NCBI RefSeq assembly: GCF_004010195.1
Contig: NC_057719.1
Span: 69,181,845-69,245,844, forward strand
Length of the DNA stretch: 64,000 nt
From: Chiloscyllium plagiosum
Lineage: Eukaryota
Direction of reading: 5' to 3'
Shown: piece by piece, positions 9,300-23,069 of the stretch
How positions within the stretch are numbered: the first letter of the stretch is position 1
Layout: every line of letters starts with the position of its first letter
Translations under genes and position numbers: made by a program
Notes under the pieces: model-generated
What the model saw: only the letters and a program-made list of their open reading frames with translations
Told to the model about the DNA's origin: nothing
Databases searched by the model: none

Positions 9300-11890
9300 T
9301 AGAGTTATAGAGATGTACAACATGGAAACAGACTCTTGAGTCCAACTCACCCATGCTGACCAGATTTCCTAAATTAATCTAGTCCCATTTGCCAGCATTT
9401 GACTCATATCCCTCTAAACCCTTACTACTCATACACCCATCCAGATGCCTTTTAAATGTTGTAATTGTATCAGTCTCCACCACTTCCACTGGCAACTTAC
9501 TATGCAGGCAGTACCATCTGCATGAAAATGTTGCCTCAAAGGTCCCTTTTAAATCTTGTCCACCTTAAACATATGTCCTGTAGTTGTGGACAGCCCCGCC
9601 CTGGGGAAGAGATCTTGGCTAATCACCTTATCCATGCTCCTCATGATTTTATAAACTTGAATTACGTCAATCCTCAGCTTCGGATACTCAAGGGAAAATA
9701 GCTCCAACCTATTCAGCTTCTGCCGATAGCTCAAACCCTCCAACTCTGGCAACGTTCTTGTAAATCTTATCTGAATCCTTTTAAACTTTCACAACATCCT
9801 TTCTATAGCAGGGAGATCAGAACTTGACAGCAATATTCCAAAAGTGGCCTGACCAATGAACTTTGAACAGCCACAACATGACCTCCCAACTCCTCTACTC
9901 AGTACACTGACCAACAAAGGCAAGCATACCAAATTCCTTCTTCACTATCTGTTTACCTGCGACTCCACTTTCAAGGAACTATGAACCTGCACTCCAAGGT
10001 CTTTTTATTTAGCAACACTCCCCAGGACTTTACCATTAAGTGTATAAGTCCTACCCTTATTTGCCTGTCCAAAATGTAGCACCTCACATGTATCTAAATT
10101 CAACTCCATCTGCCACTCTTCGGCCCTTTGGCCTATCTGATCAAGTCCCATTGTCTTCTGAGGTAACCTCCTTTGCTGTCCACTACACCTTCAATTTTGA
10201 TGTCATCTGCAAACTTACTAACCACACCTCCTATGTTCACATCCAAATCATTTATATCAATGACAAAAAGCAATGGACTCAGCACAGATCCTTGTGGCAC
10301 ACCACTGGTCACAGGCCTCCAGTCTGAAAAGCAACCCTTCACTACCACCCTGTTTTCTATCTTTGAGCCAGATCTGTATCCAAATGGCTAGTTCTCCCTG
10401 TATTCCATGTGATCTAACCTTACTAACCAATCTCCATGGGGAACCTTGTCGAATGCCTTATGGAAATCTATGTAGATCGTGTCTACTGCACTGCCCTCAT
10501 CAATTCTCTTTGTTACTTTTCCAAGAACCTCAATCAAATTAGTGAGACATGATTTCCCATGCATAAAGCCACATTGACTATCCCTAATCAGTCACTTCCT
10601 CTCTAAATACATGTAAATCCTGTCCGTCGGGATTCCCTTCAACAACTTGCCCACTACCAATGTCAGGCTAACTGGTCTATAGTTTTGTGGCTTTTCCTTA
10701 CCACCTTTCTTAAAAGGTTAGCCAACTTCTTAAAAGCACTGTGTAATCAACCTCTAGTCTTCCAGCCCCTTACCTGTGGCTATCGATGATCCAAATATTT
10801 CAGGAAGAGGCCCAACAATGACTTCCCGAGCTTCCCACAGAGTTCTAGGGTACACCCGATCGGGTCCCAGGGATTTATCCAATTTTGAGTTTTAAGATGT
10901 CCAGTACCACCATCTCTGTAATATGGGCATTTTTCAAGATGTCGCTATTTATATCTGCATGTTCTCTACCTTTCATATCCTTCTCCACAGTAAACACTGA
11001 TTCAAATACACGTTTAGGATCTTCCCCCATCTCCTGCAGTTTCACATATAGGCAGCCTTAATGAACTTTAAGAGGCCCTATTCTCTCCCTGGTTACTCTT
11101 TTGTCTTTAATGTATTTGTAGAATAACTTTGGATTTTCCTTAACCCTACTTGCCAAAGCTATCTCATGCCCCCTTTTTGCCCTCCTGACGTCTCTCTTAC
11201 GTATACTCCGACTGCCTTTATACTCTTCTACGGATTCACTCAATCCCTGCTTCTATATCTGACATTTGCTTCCTTCTTATTCTTGACCAAAATTTTAATT
11301 TCTCTAGTCATCCAGCATTCCCTACACTGACCAAACTTGCCTTTCACCCTAATAGGAACATACTATCTCTGGACTCTCATTATCTCATTGTTGAGGGTTT
11401 CCCATTTTCCAGCCATCCCTTTACTTGCAAACATCTACCCCCAATCAGCTTTTGCCTGATTGCTTCGATTTAGAACTTTGACTTCTAGATCTGGTCTATC
11501 CTATTTTGAAACTATTGAATTATGGTCACTGGCCCTAAAATACTCCCCTACTCTCCCACAGTCACCTGCCCTGCCTTACTTCCCAAGAGTAGGTCAGGTT
11601 TTGCACCTTCTCTAGCAGATACATCCAAATACTGAATCAGAAAAAATTCTTGTACCCACTTAACAAATTCCTCTCCATCCAAGCCATCAACACTATGGCA
11701 GTCCTCGTCTATGTTTGGAAATTCCCTACCATAACCACACTATTTTTCTTACAGATAACTGAGATTCCCCTTGCAAACTTGTTTCTCAATTTCTTGCTGA
11801 CTGTTGGGAGGTATATAGTACAATCCAAAGAAGATGATCATCCCTTTCACATTTCTCAGTTCTACCCAAATAACTTCCCTGGACATGAAT
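9300..11890 (-). mobile_element. CR1 LINE, long degenerate ORF2 remnant
   Basis: VTSGVPQGSVLSPLLFVIDINDLD..SKFADD; RRAKRGHEIALASRVKENPKLFYKY; 3' tail near 9300. Confidence 0.92.
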
Positions 11891-11899
11891 CACAAAAAA

Positions 11900-12560
11900 C
11901 AACTAGCATCCAAGTTCAGTGAGTTACAGGGAAGGCAAATGGAATGTAGACCTTTATTTCAAAGGGAATGCAGTATAAAATTCGGGAGGTTTTGATAAAG
12001 CTGTAAAAGAGACTAGTCAGACTGCAGCTGGAATACTGTGAAGAATTTTGGGCCCCTTAACTAAGCAAAAATACACTGGCATTGGGGCAGTCCAGAGAAG
12101 GTTCACTAGGCTATTACCAGCTATGGAAAGACTGTCTGATGAGAGTTTAAGTAGATTGGCATGTACTCATTAGAATTTAGAAGAGTGAAAGGTGACTTAT
12201 TGAAACACAGATTCTTAAGGGACTTGATAGGGTAGATATGGAGATGTTGTATTCTCTTGGGGGAGAGTATAGAACCAGGGGGCATAATCTCAGAATAAGG
12301 GGTCACATATTTCAGAAAGAGATAAAGAGGAATTTCCTCTCTGACATATGTGAATTCGCACAGTACTTTTCTGCAGGAAGTTGTTGAGGCTCAGTTATTA
12401 ATATGGCCAAGGCTGAGGGAGGTGGGTTTTTAAATCAAAGTTGTAGGGAAAACACAGGAAAGCGGAGATGTGTTATCAGCTTACCCATGATCTTATTGAA
12501 TGGTGGAGCAGACTTGATGGGCTGAATAACCTACTTCTGTTCCTACATCACATGGTATTA
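11900..12560 (+). mobile_element. Older CR1 3' part, continuing fragments at ~8510-8635 and ~9115-9299
   Basis: Collinear RT C-terminal and 3'UTR motifs split by younger SINE and CR1 insertions. Confidence 0.75.
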
Positions 12561-12785
12561 TGGGGGGACTGCTGAGAGCCATAGTGTGCAGTTGCTGCTG
12601 AAACTCCCTCCTCTGGCATCACTTACATGCAATCTCAGTCCCTCGGTAATACAGGGTCTCTGGTGTGTACGTGATAAACACCAGCACTGCAAGGTGTAAA
12701 AACCAGTTTAACTAGAACAGCTGAATCCAATGGGAAATTAGGACCTGTTTGACAGTAGTCTCCATTGGCTGTCACCAGATCTGGA

Positions 12786-14640
12786 ATAGAAACATGGAAA
12801 ATAGGTGTAGGCCATTCAATCCTTGAGCCTACTCTGCCATTCAATATGGTCATGGCTGATCATCACTTTGCACCCTGTTCCTGGTTTCCCCAGATATCTT
12901 TTGATCTCTTTACCCCTAAGAATTAGATATAACTCCTTCTTGAAAACATTCAATAATTTGGCCTTAACCCCTTTCTATGGTAGAGAATTCTCCAGGCTCA
13001 TCTCTGTTCTAAATGGCCTAACCCATATCCTTAAACTGCTATCCCTAAATCTGGACTCCCCAGTAATTCGGAACATCCTTCCCACTTTCTCATTGTTTAG
13101 TTCTGTTAGAATATTCTGTAAGATACTTCCCGATTCTTGTAAACTCCAGTGAATTTCGACCTAACTGGTCCAGACACTCTTCACAAGTCGTTCTTGTAAT
13201 TACTAGAAATCAGGCAGGTAAACTTCACTGCACTCTTTCCGTAGCCAGAACATTCTTCCACAGAAGGAAATCAGGTTGGCATACAATACCCTAGGTGTGA
13301 TCACAGTAAGACATTCTGCTCCTGTACATAGAAACTCTGCTTGCTATGAAGGCCAAGGTACCATTTGCCTTGTTCGCTGCCTGCTGCACCTATACAGTTA
13401 CTTTGAGCGACTGGTGGGCAAGGAACCCAGTTCATGTTTTATCTCCCCTTTCCCAATCTATCACCATTTAGATATCAACCTACCTTCCCGGTCCTGCTGC
13501 CAAAATGGATCACCTCACATTTATTCACATTATACGTCATCTGCCATGCATTGTCTACTCACTCAACATGTCCAAAGCACACTGAAGCATTTCTGCATCC
13601 TCCTCACAATTCAGCCTTCCAGCCACTTTGTGTCATCTGCAAACTTGGAGATATTAGATTTATTTCCCTCATCTAAATCATTAATGTGTATATTATGAAT
13701 AGCTGGTGTCCTAACACTGATACCGGCAATATCCCACTAGTCATAGAGTCATACAGATGTACAACATGGAAACAGACCCTTTGGTCCAACCCGTCCATGC
13801 TGACCAAATATCCCAACCCAATCTAGTCCCACCTGCCATCCCACTCAGAAAAGTTCCTGTTTGTCAACCAGTTCTCTATCTGTGTTAGTACACCACTTCC
13901 AAAGCTTGTGCTTTAATTTTATATGTTAATCTCTTCTCTGAGACCTTATTGAAAACCTTCTGAAAGTCCAAGTATACCATATCCACTGACCCTGCCTTAT
14001 CAACTCTGTGTGTTACATCCTCAAAATTCCAGTAGATATGTCAAACATGATTTTCCTTTCATAATTTCATGCTGACTCCATCCAATTCTGTTGCTGGTCT
14101 CTAAGTGCTCTAATGTTAAGTCTTTATCATGGGCTTTAGCACTTTTCCCCACTATAAATGTCAGGCTAATTGATGATAATTTCTGATTTGGAGATGCCAG
14201 TCTTTTTCAATGTATAATTTCAGTTCCATCACACTGTAAACTATTGCTACAAATTCTGAGTCTTACGATCTTATACTCGAAAGCCACCTGACGAAGGAGC
14301 AGCGCTCCGAAAGCTGGTGCTTCCAAGTAAACCTGTTGGACTATAATCTGGTGTTGTGTGATTTTTAACTTCTTATTTTTGCTTTTTTTAAAAAAAAATA
14401 CAATTGTTATCCTCCAATCCGTAGGAAGTGTTCCAGAATCTATGGACTCTCGAAAGATGACCAGAAATGCATCATGTTTTCTAGGGTCACTTTCTTAAGT
14501 ACTAAGATGTATCAGACCCTGGGGATTTATTGGCCTTGAATCCCTTGAATTTCCCCAACATTTTCCCACTGATATGGATTTCCTTCTGCTCCTCCCTCTT
14601 ACTAGACCCTGTGTTCCTCAATATTTTTAGGCGGTAAACT
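12786..14640 (-). mobile_element. Degenerate CR1 LINE with nested insertions
   Basis: GTCATCTGCAAAC (FADD on minus), KANKSPGSD, 3' tail near 12786. Confidence 0.8.
14185..14372 (+). mobile_element. Short hammerhead-bearing element, family B
   Basis: CAC-CUGACGA-A-GGAGC AGC GCUCC-GAAA-GC-UG-GUG at 14285-14319 (G at the cleavage position); tail matches 53511-53587. Confidence 0.75.
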
Positions 14641-15244
14641 GGGTGGTGGTGTTCTCGGCTGCCTTCTAGATGGAAGTGGTTGTGGGTTTGGAAGGTGCTG
14701 CCTGAGGATCTTTGCTGAATTTCCACAGTGCATCTTTAGATAGTATACACTGCTGTTACTGACTGTCAATGGTGGAGGGAGTGAATGTTTGTGAATCTGG
14801 TGCCAAGCAAGCGGATGACATTCACTGTGTTTTAGAGTGAAAGGATCAGAGAGGGGAATGTTTAAAGTGCAATCAGGAGAGGTTTGTTTTGTACCAGTAC
14901 ATAGTCCATTTAGAGACAGGGCAGTGCTAGATCTGATCTTAGGGAATGAAGCTGGTTAAATGGTTGAAGTTCCATTGGGGAAGCATTTGTAGATAGTGAC
15001 CTTAACTCTGTAAGTTTCAAAGTCGTTATGGAACGAGATAAGGATAATGAAGTCCAACCTGCAACATCGACTCCCCGATCCTCTGATGCTGCTTGACCTG
15101 CTGTGCTTTTTCCAGTTCCACACTTCAACTCTATCGCAGAAGTCTAAACTGGGGAAGATCAATTTCAAGATCCTTAGGTAGCATCTGGCAAGTATTGACT
15201 GGGAGCAGCTACTTGCAAGTTTGTCTTTATGTGGAAAGTGGAAA

Positions 15245-15730
15245 ACTGGTTGTAAGTTTGCTCGCTGAGCTGGTAGATTTGTCTCAGAGGTTTCGCCACC
15301 ATACTGGGTAACGTCATCAGGGAGCCTCTGGTGAAGCGCTTGTGTTCTGTCCCATTTGCTATGTATCTGTCTTGGTCTGGTGTGGTGGGTGATATCACTT
15401 CCGGTTCTTTTTCTGAGAGGTTGGTAAATGTGGTCCAAATCTATGTGCTTGTTAATGGAGTTCCAGTTTGAATGCCAGGCCTCTCAGAATTCCTGTGCAT
15501 GTCTTTGTTTAGCTTGCCCCAGGAAGGATTATTGTCCCATATGAACTGGTGTCCCTCTTTGTCTGTGTCTCATAAATAGTAAATAGGACAGAACACCAGT
15601 GTTTCATTGGAGGCTCACTGAGGATGTCACCTAGCATGGTGATGAAATGTCTGAGGATAAATCTATCAGCTCAGCGTGCAAACTTACAACCTAAATCACA
15701 ACCTGAGCTAAAAATTTTCTCCAAAATCAC
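15245..15730. mobile_element. Penelope-like pLTR pair in inverted orientation, one hammerhead per arm
   Basis: 10-bp TSD AAAGTGGAAA (15235-15244 and 15731-15740); hammerhead on - at 15283-15324 and on + at 15614-15655. Confidence 0.82.
15614..15655 (+). ncRNA. Minimal hammerhead ribozyme (family D), CpG-decayed
   Basis: CUCA-CUGAGGA-U-GUCACC UAGCAU GGUGAU-GAAA-UG-UC-UGAG. Confidence 0.7.
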
Positions 15731-18700
15731 AAAGTGGAAATCTTTTGAAAGTAATATATTCATGGCCAGTGTGTTCCTGTAAGGATGAAGAGCAAGTCTA
15801 GGGAACCCTGGATATCAAGGGATAATGACAATTTATTAAACAAAAAGAAGGAAGCAAATATCAGATGCAGCGCATTAAAAAGGTGGGAGGCCCTTCAAAA
15901 GTGTAGAGTATAGGAGATTGTTTTAAAAAAAAAGAAATTAGGAGGGCAAAGAGAGGCCACAAAGACTATTAGAAGTCTTTGGCAGATAGGATTAAGAAAA
16001 ACCCCAAGGCATTTTAGATGTTAAAACTAAAAGGATTACCAGGAAAAGAGTGGGATCTATTAGAGTCTAAAGGGTCAGTGTATGGAGCCAGAGGATGTGG
16101 GTAAGGTTGGAAATGCATGTTTTTCATCTGTGTTCACAGAGGAGAAAGACATTCTAGCTGGCAGTTTCAGTTGAGATGTTGAGGTTCTAGAACATATTAA
16201 GGTTAATAAGGAGGAGGTATTAGATATTTCAGTGGTATAAAGTTGCTTAAATCCCCAGGGCCTAATGTGATGTATCTTAGGCTGCTATGGGAGGAGATTG
16301 CTGCAGCCCTGGTAGAGATATTTAATATCTCATCATGCAAAGATGAGGTGCAATTGAATGAAGGATAGCTAATGTGCTTCCTTGGTTCATAAAGGGCAGC
16401 AGGAATAGACAAGGTAATTACTGACCAGTTAGAGTGGTAGGGAACATATTGGAAAAAGTTCTGAAGGAATTGATTAGTCAACACTCGGAAAGGCAGAGGT
16501 TGACCAGGGGTAGTCAGCACAGATTTGTGGAGGGAGATCCTATCTAATTTAATTGACATTTTTTAAAAAGAAAAAGGTGACTAAATATATTGATAAGTAT
16601 AGTAAAGTTGACATAGTTTACATTGACTTCCGTGAGGCCTTTAACAAGGCCCCACATGGAAGGCTGGTCCAGAAGGTAAGAGACCATGGGATCCAAGGCA
16701 AGTTGGAAAACTGAAGCCAAGGTTGGCTTGGAAATAAGGGCAAAGCATAATGATGGAGTGTTGTTTTTTGTGTTTGGAAGCTTGTGACCAGTGGTGTACC
16801 ACAGGTATCAGTGCTGTTTGTTAAGTAGATTAATGACTTGGATGTGAATGTAGAAGTTACAATTAATAAGATGGCTGATGAGACAAAAATTGGTGATGTT
16901 AGTACTGAGAAGATTTGTCTCAGGCTACAGTCTGATATTGATCAGCTGGTAAATTGTGCAGAGCAATGGCAGATGGAATTAAATCCTGGTAAATGTAAGG
17001 ATTTTGGGAGATCTAATAAGGGATAGATAAACACAGTGATAGGTTGTTAGGGAGTATTGAGAACAAAGGTCTTGATGCGCAAATCCATAGATCCCTGAAG
17101 GTGTTAGCACAGGTAGAAAGGTTGGTGAAGAAGGGATGTTTACCTTCAATGGCTAGGGTGTAGAATTTAGGAGAAAGGAAGTCTTGTTACAACTTTATAA
17201 AACATTGGTTAGGCTACAGGTGGAATACTGTATACAGTTCTAGTGGCCACACTATTGGAAGGATGTGATTGCATTGGAGAGGGTGCAGAGGACATTCACT
17301 AGGATGTTGCCTGGGATGAAGAGCCTCAGTTGTGAGGAGAGACTGGATGGGCTGGATTTGTTTTCCTTAGATCAGAGGAGGCTGAGAGGGAATCTGATTG
17401 AGAGTTACAAAATTATGAGGGACATAAACAGAGTAGATCATGAGAATCAATTCCCCTTGGCAGACATATTTGAGACCAGAAGGTCCGGTTTTAAGGTGAA
17501 GAGTAAATGGTTTAGAAAATAACTTGGGGAGAAAAAAAAGTCACCCAGAAGGTGGTAGAAATGTGGAATATGTTGCTGAGATGGTGGTTGAGGCAGTTAC
17601 TCTTGCAACATTTCGGAAGCATCTGGATGAGCACTTAAAATGCAAATGCCTAGTAGGCGATGGACCAAGTGCATATATATTGGATTAGTGTAGTTTGACG
17701 ATGTTAGTTGGCATAGATATAGTGGGCTGAAGAGCCTATTTCTTTGTTGTATGAGGCTATGAACGTATTGAGCCGAGACAATAATCTTACTTAGAAGGCA
17801 GATTGAAGTCCATAATCAAAAAATATCTCTTCAAATCTGTAGGAAACACCTGAAAGAACAGGCCCACTGGTGTCCATTTTTTTTAAACATTGTACCATGT
17901 AACCCAATTCTGCCCTGGAATGGCCTAACTCAGCAACATAACTGCAATTAAACTTATTGCAATTGAAGCTCCTCTCCTATAGGCTGTATCTATTTGGAAA
18001 CAGCCTTTCAATCAGCCTGACTGTCTCCAGCTGAGAAGAAGTGAGAAAATAGCAAATAAATAAGGAATGTATTTTAACTCTCCTGTTGTGTGATGAGGAT
18101 TGGTTTGCTCAGTTGCCTGTTAAACTTACTACTTTGAATGACAAGTCCCCTTTATTGACAATGTAGCGCATTTCCCTGCACCTTCTGATAAAGTGCATTC
18201 ACCCCCACCAAGAGGCACTAATCATCAGGATGCAAGCTGTTGTAGGAAGGGTTTGAATGGTCTGCTATTGTTTCAATGCTGATGCATTATACAAATCAAG
18301 GTCAAACATCAAAATGTTAGACTGGATGTCCACCTGAAATTCCTAATCATTCTGAATGGCTTCTGTGCCTCTAAGAGTTAATACTTTCTCTCCACACCAA
18401 AGCAAACTTCACAGTAATATTTTAAGATGGTAAAATCTATGTTTGTACATAATGGTAAAAACCGCAACATTTGACAGTATTTGTTTTCTGGATAATCCAC
18501 AGTTGTGTGGTATTAATTCTTCTGTATTTACATTTAGCAGTTATAGCTGTGTAGTTTTTCCTGCTACTTAGCAGTCAAGCACACTTCTGTTGTTATACTT
18601 CTTCTTATGCTTGAAAGCTGATCATCTACACCGCTGTCATCTCTAATATCAGATTTGCATCTAATTACAGGCATATACTCAATCCTTCCTCTCATATTTC

Positions 18701-18795
18701 CACTATTTGTTGGTTTCTAATTTTTTGGATTCGATTCACAACATTGTGTTAATCTGGAATTTTATTTATTAATAATTCAATTATTTTCTCTTTAG

Positions 18796-18865
18796 TCATG
18801 TTCCTCATGACTGTGAAAAGCTATTCAACTTTCCCATTGTTGCGTAGACCTATTTTTGCTTTCTG
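18796..18865 (+). other. Candidate internal exon (70 nt)
   Basis: Acceptor TTATTTTCTCTTTAG, donor TG|GTAAGT; open in frame after exon 5850-5886 but its length (3n+1) shifts the frame. Confidence 0.35.
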
Positions 18866-21139
18866 GTAAGTTAAATAATTGACAAACATTTTCTGCTCTG
18901 TTACACAGGGAGTATATTAATAGACCAGATTCAGTCATGAAGGAACAGTATATAACATTCAGTAAGGAGACAGTAACCTGCAAGGATCCTGTGACCCTCT
19001 ATAGGGCAGGAAACAGAATTTCTTCAACAAATCAAATAGATTTGATCAGAGGTGCAAAAAATCTAAGGCTGAAACTATACATAAATCATGTAGAGAAGTG
19101 AAAAGAAAGACTGGGTTAAGACAGAGACAGAAAAGAAAAGTAATTTTAAAAAAATTCCAGTATGATTTAACATCTGAAGGGAAGTATTCCACACTTTTTT
19201 TCTTATCTGAGAAGTTTCTTGGCATACATCATGCTGTTAAAAATTCACTCAGTAGCCCAACTTTTTCCTGGATGTTTTGTTTGTGATTGTCCCAGTTTCA
19301 TACGTAGTTTGATGTAAGTCTCTTGTGAGGTTCTGTTCAATGGCAATCAATGAAGGAGTAGAATAATTTAGACTGCATCATCTGTATTTCTGTGTTATGT
19401 ACCAGCATACGAATTAGGGCAAACATTGTCCATTCAGTCTCTGAAGCCTGTTCTGTCTTTCGATAAGATTGTGGCCTCCACATTCTGATATACTCCCCAA
19501 CCATTAACTTCCTTCTTCGACAAGAATATAACTAACTCAGCTGTAATATATTCAAACCCTTTTCCCTAAGAGTGGGGGACTGTGCCTCCGTTGGTCTCTG
19601 GGGAAGGGAATTCCGAATACTAAGGGCCATCTGGGATAAAAGCTTTCTTCTGTTAAACTGTGTGTGCAAATTTTAAAATTTGATGAGAATTGATAATGTC
19701 ACTAATTATTAAGGAAAGGGTGGGTGTTATTCTCTTTAGTTGTGTCATTTGTTTTTACTTTGCCTTCAAATTTTTAAAGGCTTAATATTTTACAAGCTTG
19801 GAAAAATTCATTTTAACTTGAGAAACCTTTTGCATTATCTGAAATCTGGAAATCTGAGATCTAGGCATTAACTTACTGCTGCTTGACATTTTGCTGTGTA
19901 CAAACTGCTATGTTTCCTACACTGTAGTATTTAATACAGCTTTCTACATTGCAGTATTTAATACAGTTCAAAAGTATGGGAGGCTGTAAGATCATTTGAA
20001 ACACCAAAAGTTCTTAAATGTTTGAAATATATGCAAATCTCTTTTTCTGTTCTTTTCAACTAAAATATCCTCAGGTGATTTTTAGATTCTGTTTTGTTAT
20101 CAAACAGCAAATAATTTTAATTTCCTTTTTTGTTTGGAATCATTCTGGTAAACTTTCATTTGTTCCTTATCTCTGTGGTGCCTTGAAAAGGTAGTGATGG
20201 TCCTATTTCTTGAATCATTGCAGTCCATACAATTATGTTGCCCCAAGATTGATAGTTGATAGGAAATTACTAAAAATTGGCCAGTCACAATGAAGAAATA
20301 ACAATCTGCTGTTAAGTCGGGAGGCATTGTGATTGGGGAACTAGGAGGGGTGACGTCAACAACATTATTGCAATTGTCCAACTGAAAAAAATCTTAGGAA
20401 ATCTTCTAAAGTCTAAGCACTTTTCTTCCTTCACGCCTGATAAGCAGGCACGTAGTCGATTGAGTGAAAGGCCCAAAAAGTTCAATTTTTAGAATTTGCC
20501 ATAATATTTCACGCAGCAAAAATGTGGTTTCTACAGGAATTCAAAAAAAACTTAAGTATTTGTCTAAATGCTGCATTGCTAATTAAATGTCATTATTCTG
20601 GGATTATTTTTCAGATACATTGTTTTATATATTTTTACTTATGTTAATTTTGAAGATTTTTTTAGGTTCTGTTCTCTTTCTGGATTTGTACCTCGACAAT
20701 TAGAAAAGCCTAACTTTGTTTGTGTAACTAATTTCACAGTACTGTCTGCCAGCACACTGGAAACAGGATGTTAGTGGCACTGATGTCATTCCTATGTGTC
20801 TGTCTGATGTTGCTGCTTCTTGCTCACTGTCCCATTCCAACCTTTTCACAGGCAAGTGGGGCTATGGGTAACTCAGTGAAGATAGAGTGGGACAGTGAAA
20901 TAGTTGACTAGAGGAACAGTATGGTAGCAAGTTAATCAATCACCTTTATAAATTTATTAACCTATCTTTGAAGATCAGTTATTTCACGTTCTAAGACACA
21001 GAATTGTAGATTATATTCAATAGTGCAAGGCTTTAAACTGGAGCTGGTACAAAATGCTAACCAATTTCATTACTGTCCTCTTAATATGAGAAGGAAAGAT
21101 GAAATACAAATGTATTACAGTTTGTGTGTGAGTGCATGG

Positions 21140-21470
21140 CTTGGTGGCTCAGTAGTTCGCACTGCTGCCTCACAATACTAGGGATCTGTTCAGTTCTTTC
21201 CTTGGGCAACTGCTTGTGTGGTGTTTGTACATTCTGCTTGTGCCTGGGTTGGTTTTCTCTGGATACTGGGGTTTCCTGCCACAGTCCAAAGATGTTTAGG
21301 TTAGGTGGATTGGGCATGCTAATTTGCCTATAGTGTTCAAGGTTGTGCAGGCTAGGTGGATTAGACATTGCAGAGGAAATGCAAGGTTACTGTAGGGGGC
21401 TAGGTGAGATGCTCTTTGGAGAGATGGTATGAACCCGATGGGTTGAATGGCCTGCTTCATAGGGATTCTA
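21140..21470 (+). mobile_element. Old diverged HE1-type SINE
   Basis: GCACTGCTGCCTCACA and CACAGTCCAAAGATGT motifs. Confidence 0.75.
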
Positions 21471-22765
21471 CACAAATTATAAAAATATGCATCATGTATC
21501 ACACTTGCCTCTGAATCAAAAAAGGGAGTGGGACATGAGCACAAACCTAGTTTTGTACAGTTATAGTTAAGGGGAATGATACACTGTGGAAGTGCTGAAG
21601 CGTGTCCCTGCAGTTATGGTGGCAGTAGCCCAGCCCTTCTCTCCCAGTTTCAGGTGCTTCTCTCTTGCTGTCCATCCTTCAAATGTCAGATTATCAGTAA
21701 CGTTTTCTGATTGACTTTCCAACCAGTGTAACTGAGGTTAGGACCAAGTAGAACTCCACAACTGTAGTTTTAGCAAATTTTGATTGACAGGAAAACCACA
21801 GGATTTAAAAAGAACTGATCTTTGGGATTCAAGCATTAGTCACCTGAGTATCTTGCTCCATGCACTTGAGAGTAATATGTGCTGAAAAGCTTGATGTATA
21901 CTTGGTAAGTTTATTTTAAGTAATTCATTGGAACACAGCTAATCTGTTCATTAGTTTTTCTGGAATTTAACTGATACTTGGGCTTCTAGTCTGTCACATG
22001 CTATATTGCAACATGATGTAAAATAAAAAATCTGTACTTCTAAACTTAAAGCTGAAGATTTTTTTCATTTTTGTGACTGAAACATTGGAACTTTGGAAAC
22101 GCAAGTAGTGTTAGTTTGATTGGATTAGTCTGAAAGTGTCAACTGAAATGTGTTACAAGTTGTTTTCTTACTTTCACGTAATCTTTACGTTGTAGCATAG
22201 TACTTTGGGCTTCTCTTCTTTCAATTATCTACTAAGATAACACAAGTATTTTAAAAGTTTATACTATTAACAATTAATTACACATTTCATAGGAGGTGCT
22301 CAGAAGATATTAAGGTGTTAAACTGAAATGCCATCCAAAAATGGAGAAAGCATTGGTGGATGGAATATCAACATTTCATTGGAACTCTGTAGTCAGCCCC
22401 TATTTCATACTTTTTTGCTTCTGGTATCTCCTTCAGTGCTCATTGATGTAATTCTCATTATGAAACTGCTTGTGATAAATTTATGCTTCTTCATGCAATC
22501 AAATTGTCTTAAAACTACTTAATGTTTTGGAATATTTTGATTATTTACAGGATTATGAAATACCATTTATTCTGTAGTTGATAATCATGTTTCTTCATGA
22601 AGTAATTAAACCTGTTCCTGTCAACTGCAATTCAAACGCAGGAAACTATTGGAAAAAGTGATGACTTGCAATGCATTACTGGGTACATTATAACTTGAAT
22701 TTAAAGCAAATTTGTTTAATAAAATCTGTTGATGGAACCTCTGGGCGTTATTAAAAATCCATATA

Positions 22766-23069
22766 TTAGATTAGATTAGATTAGTTACAGTGTGGAAACA
22801 GGCCCTTCGGCCCAACAAGTCCACACCGACCCGCCGAAGCGCACCCACCCAGACCTAACACCTAACACTACGGGCAATTTAGCGTGGCCAATTCACCTAA
22901 CCTGCACATTTTAGGACTGTGGGAGGAAACCGGAGCACCCGGAGGAAACCAACGCAGACACGGGGAGAATGTGCAAACTCCACACAGTCAGTCACCTGAG
23001 GCGGGAATTGAACCCAGGTCTCTGGCGCTGTGAGGCAGCAGTGCTAACCACTGTGCCACCGTGCCGCCC
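22766..23069 (-). mobile_element. HE1-type SINE, full length
   Basis: (ATTAG)n tail; ends GTGCCACCGTGCCGCCC. Confidence 0.93.

Larger units (their letters stand above)
14860..17762 (+). mobile_element. CR1 LINE, long degenerate ORF2 remnant
   Basis: DF.EAFNKAPHGRL, VTSGVPQ, KMADETKIG, ALERVQRTFTRMLPGM motifs. Confidence 0.88.

Noticed and set aside
19917..19968. 27-bp local tandem duplication
   Set aside because: Ordinary slippage product with no further structure
21791..21904. Possible exon (GACAG...TTG|GTAAGT)
   Set aside because: Poor polypyrimidine tract and no frame compatible with neighbouring exons
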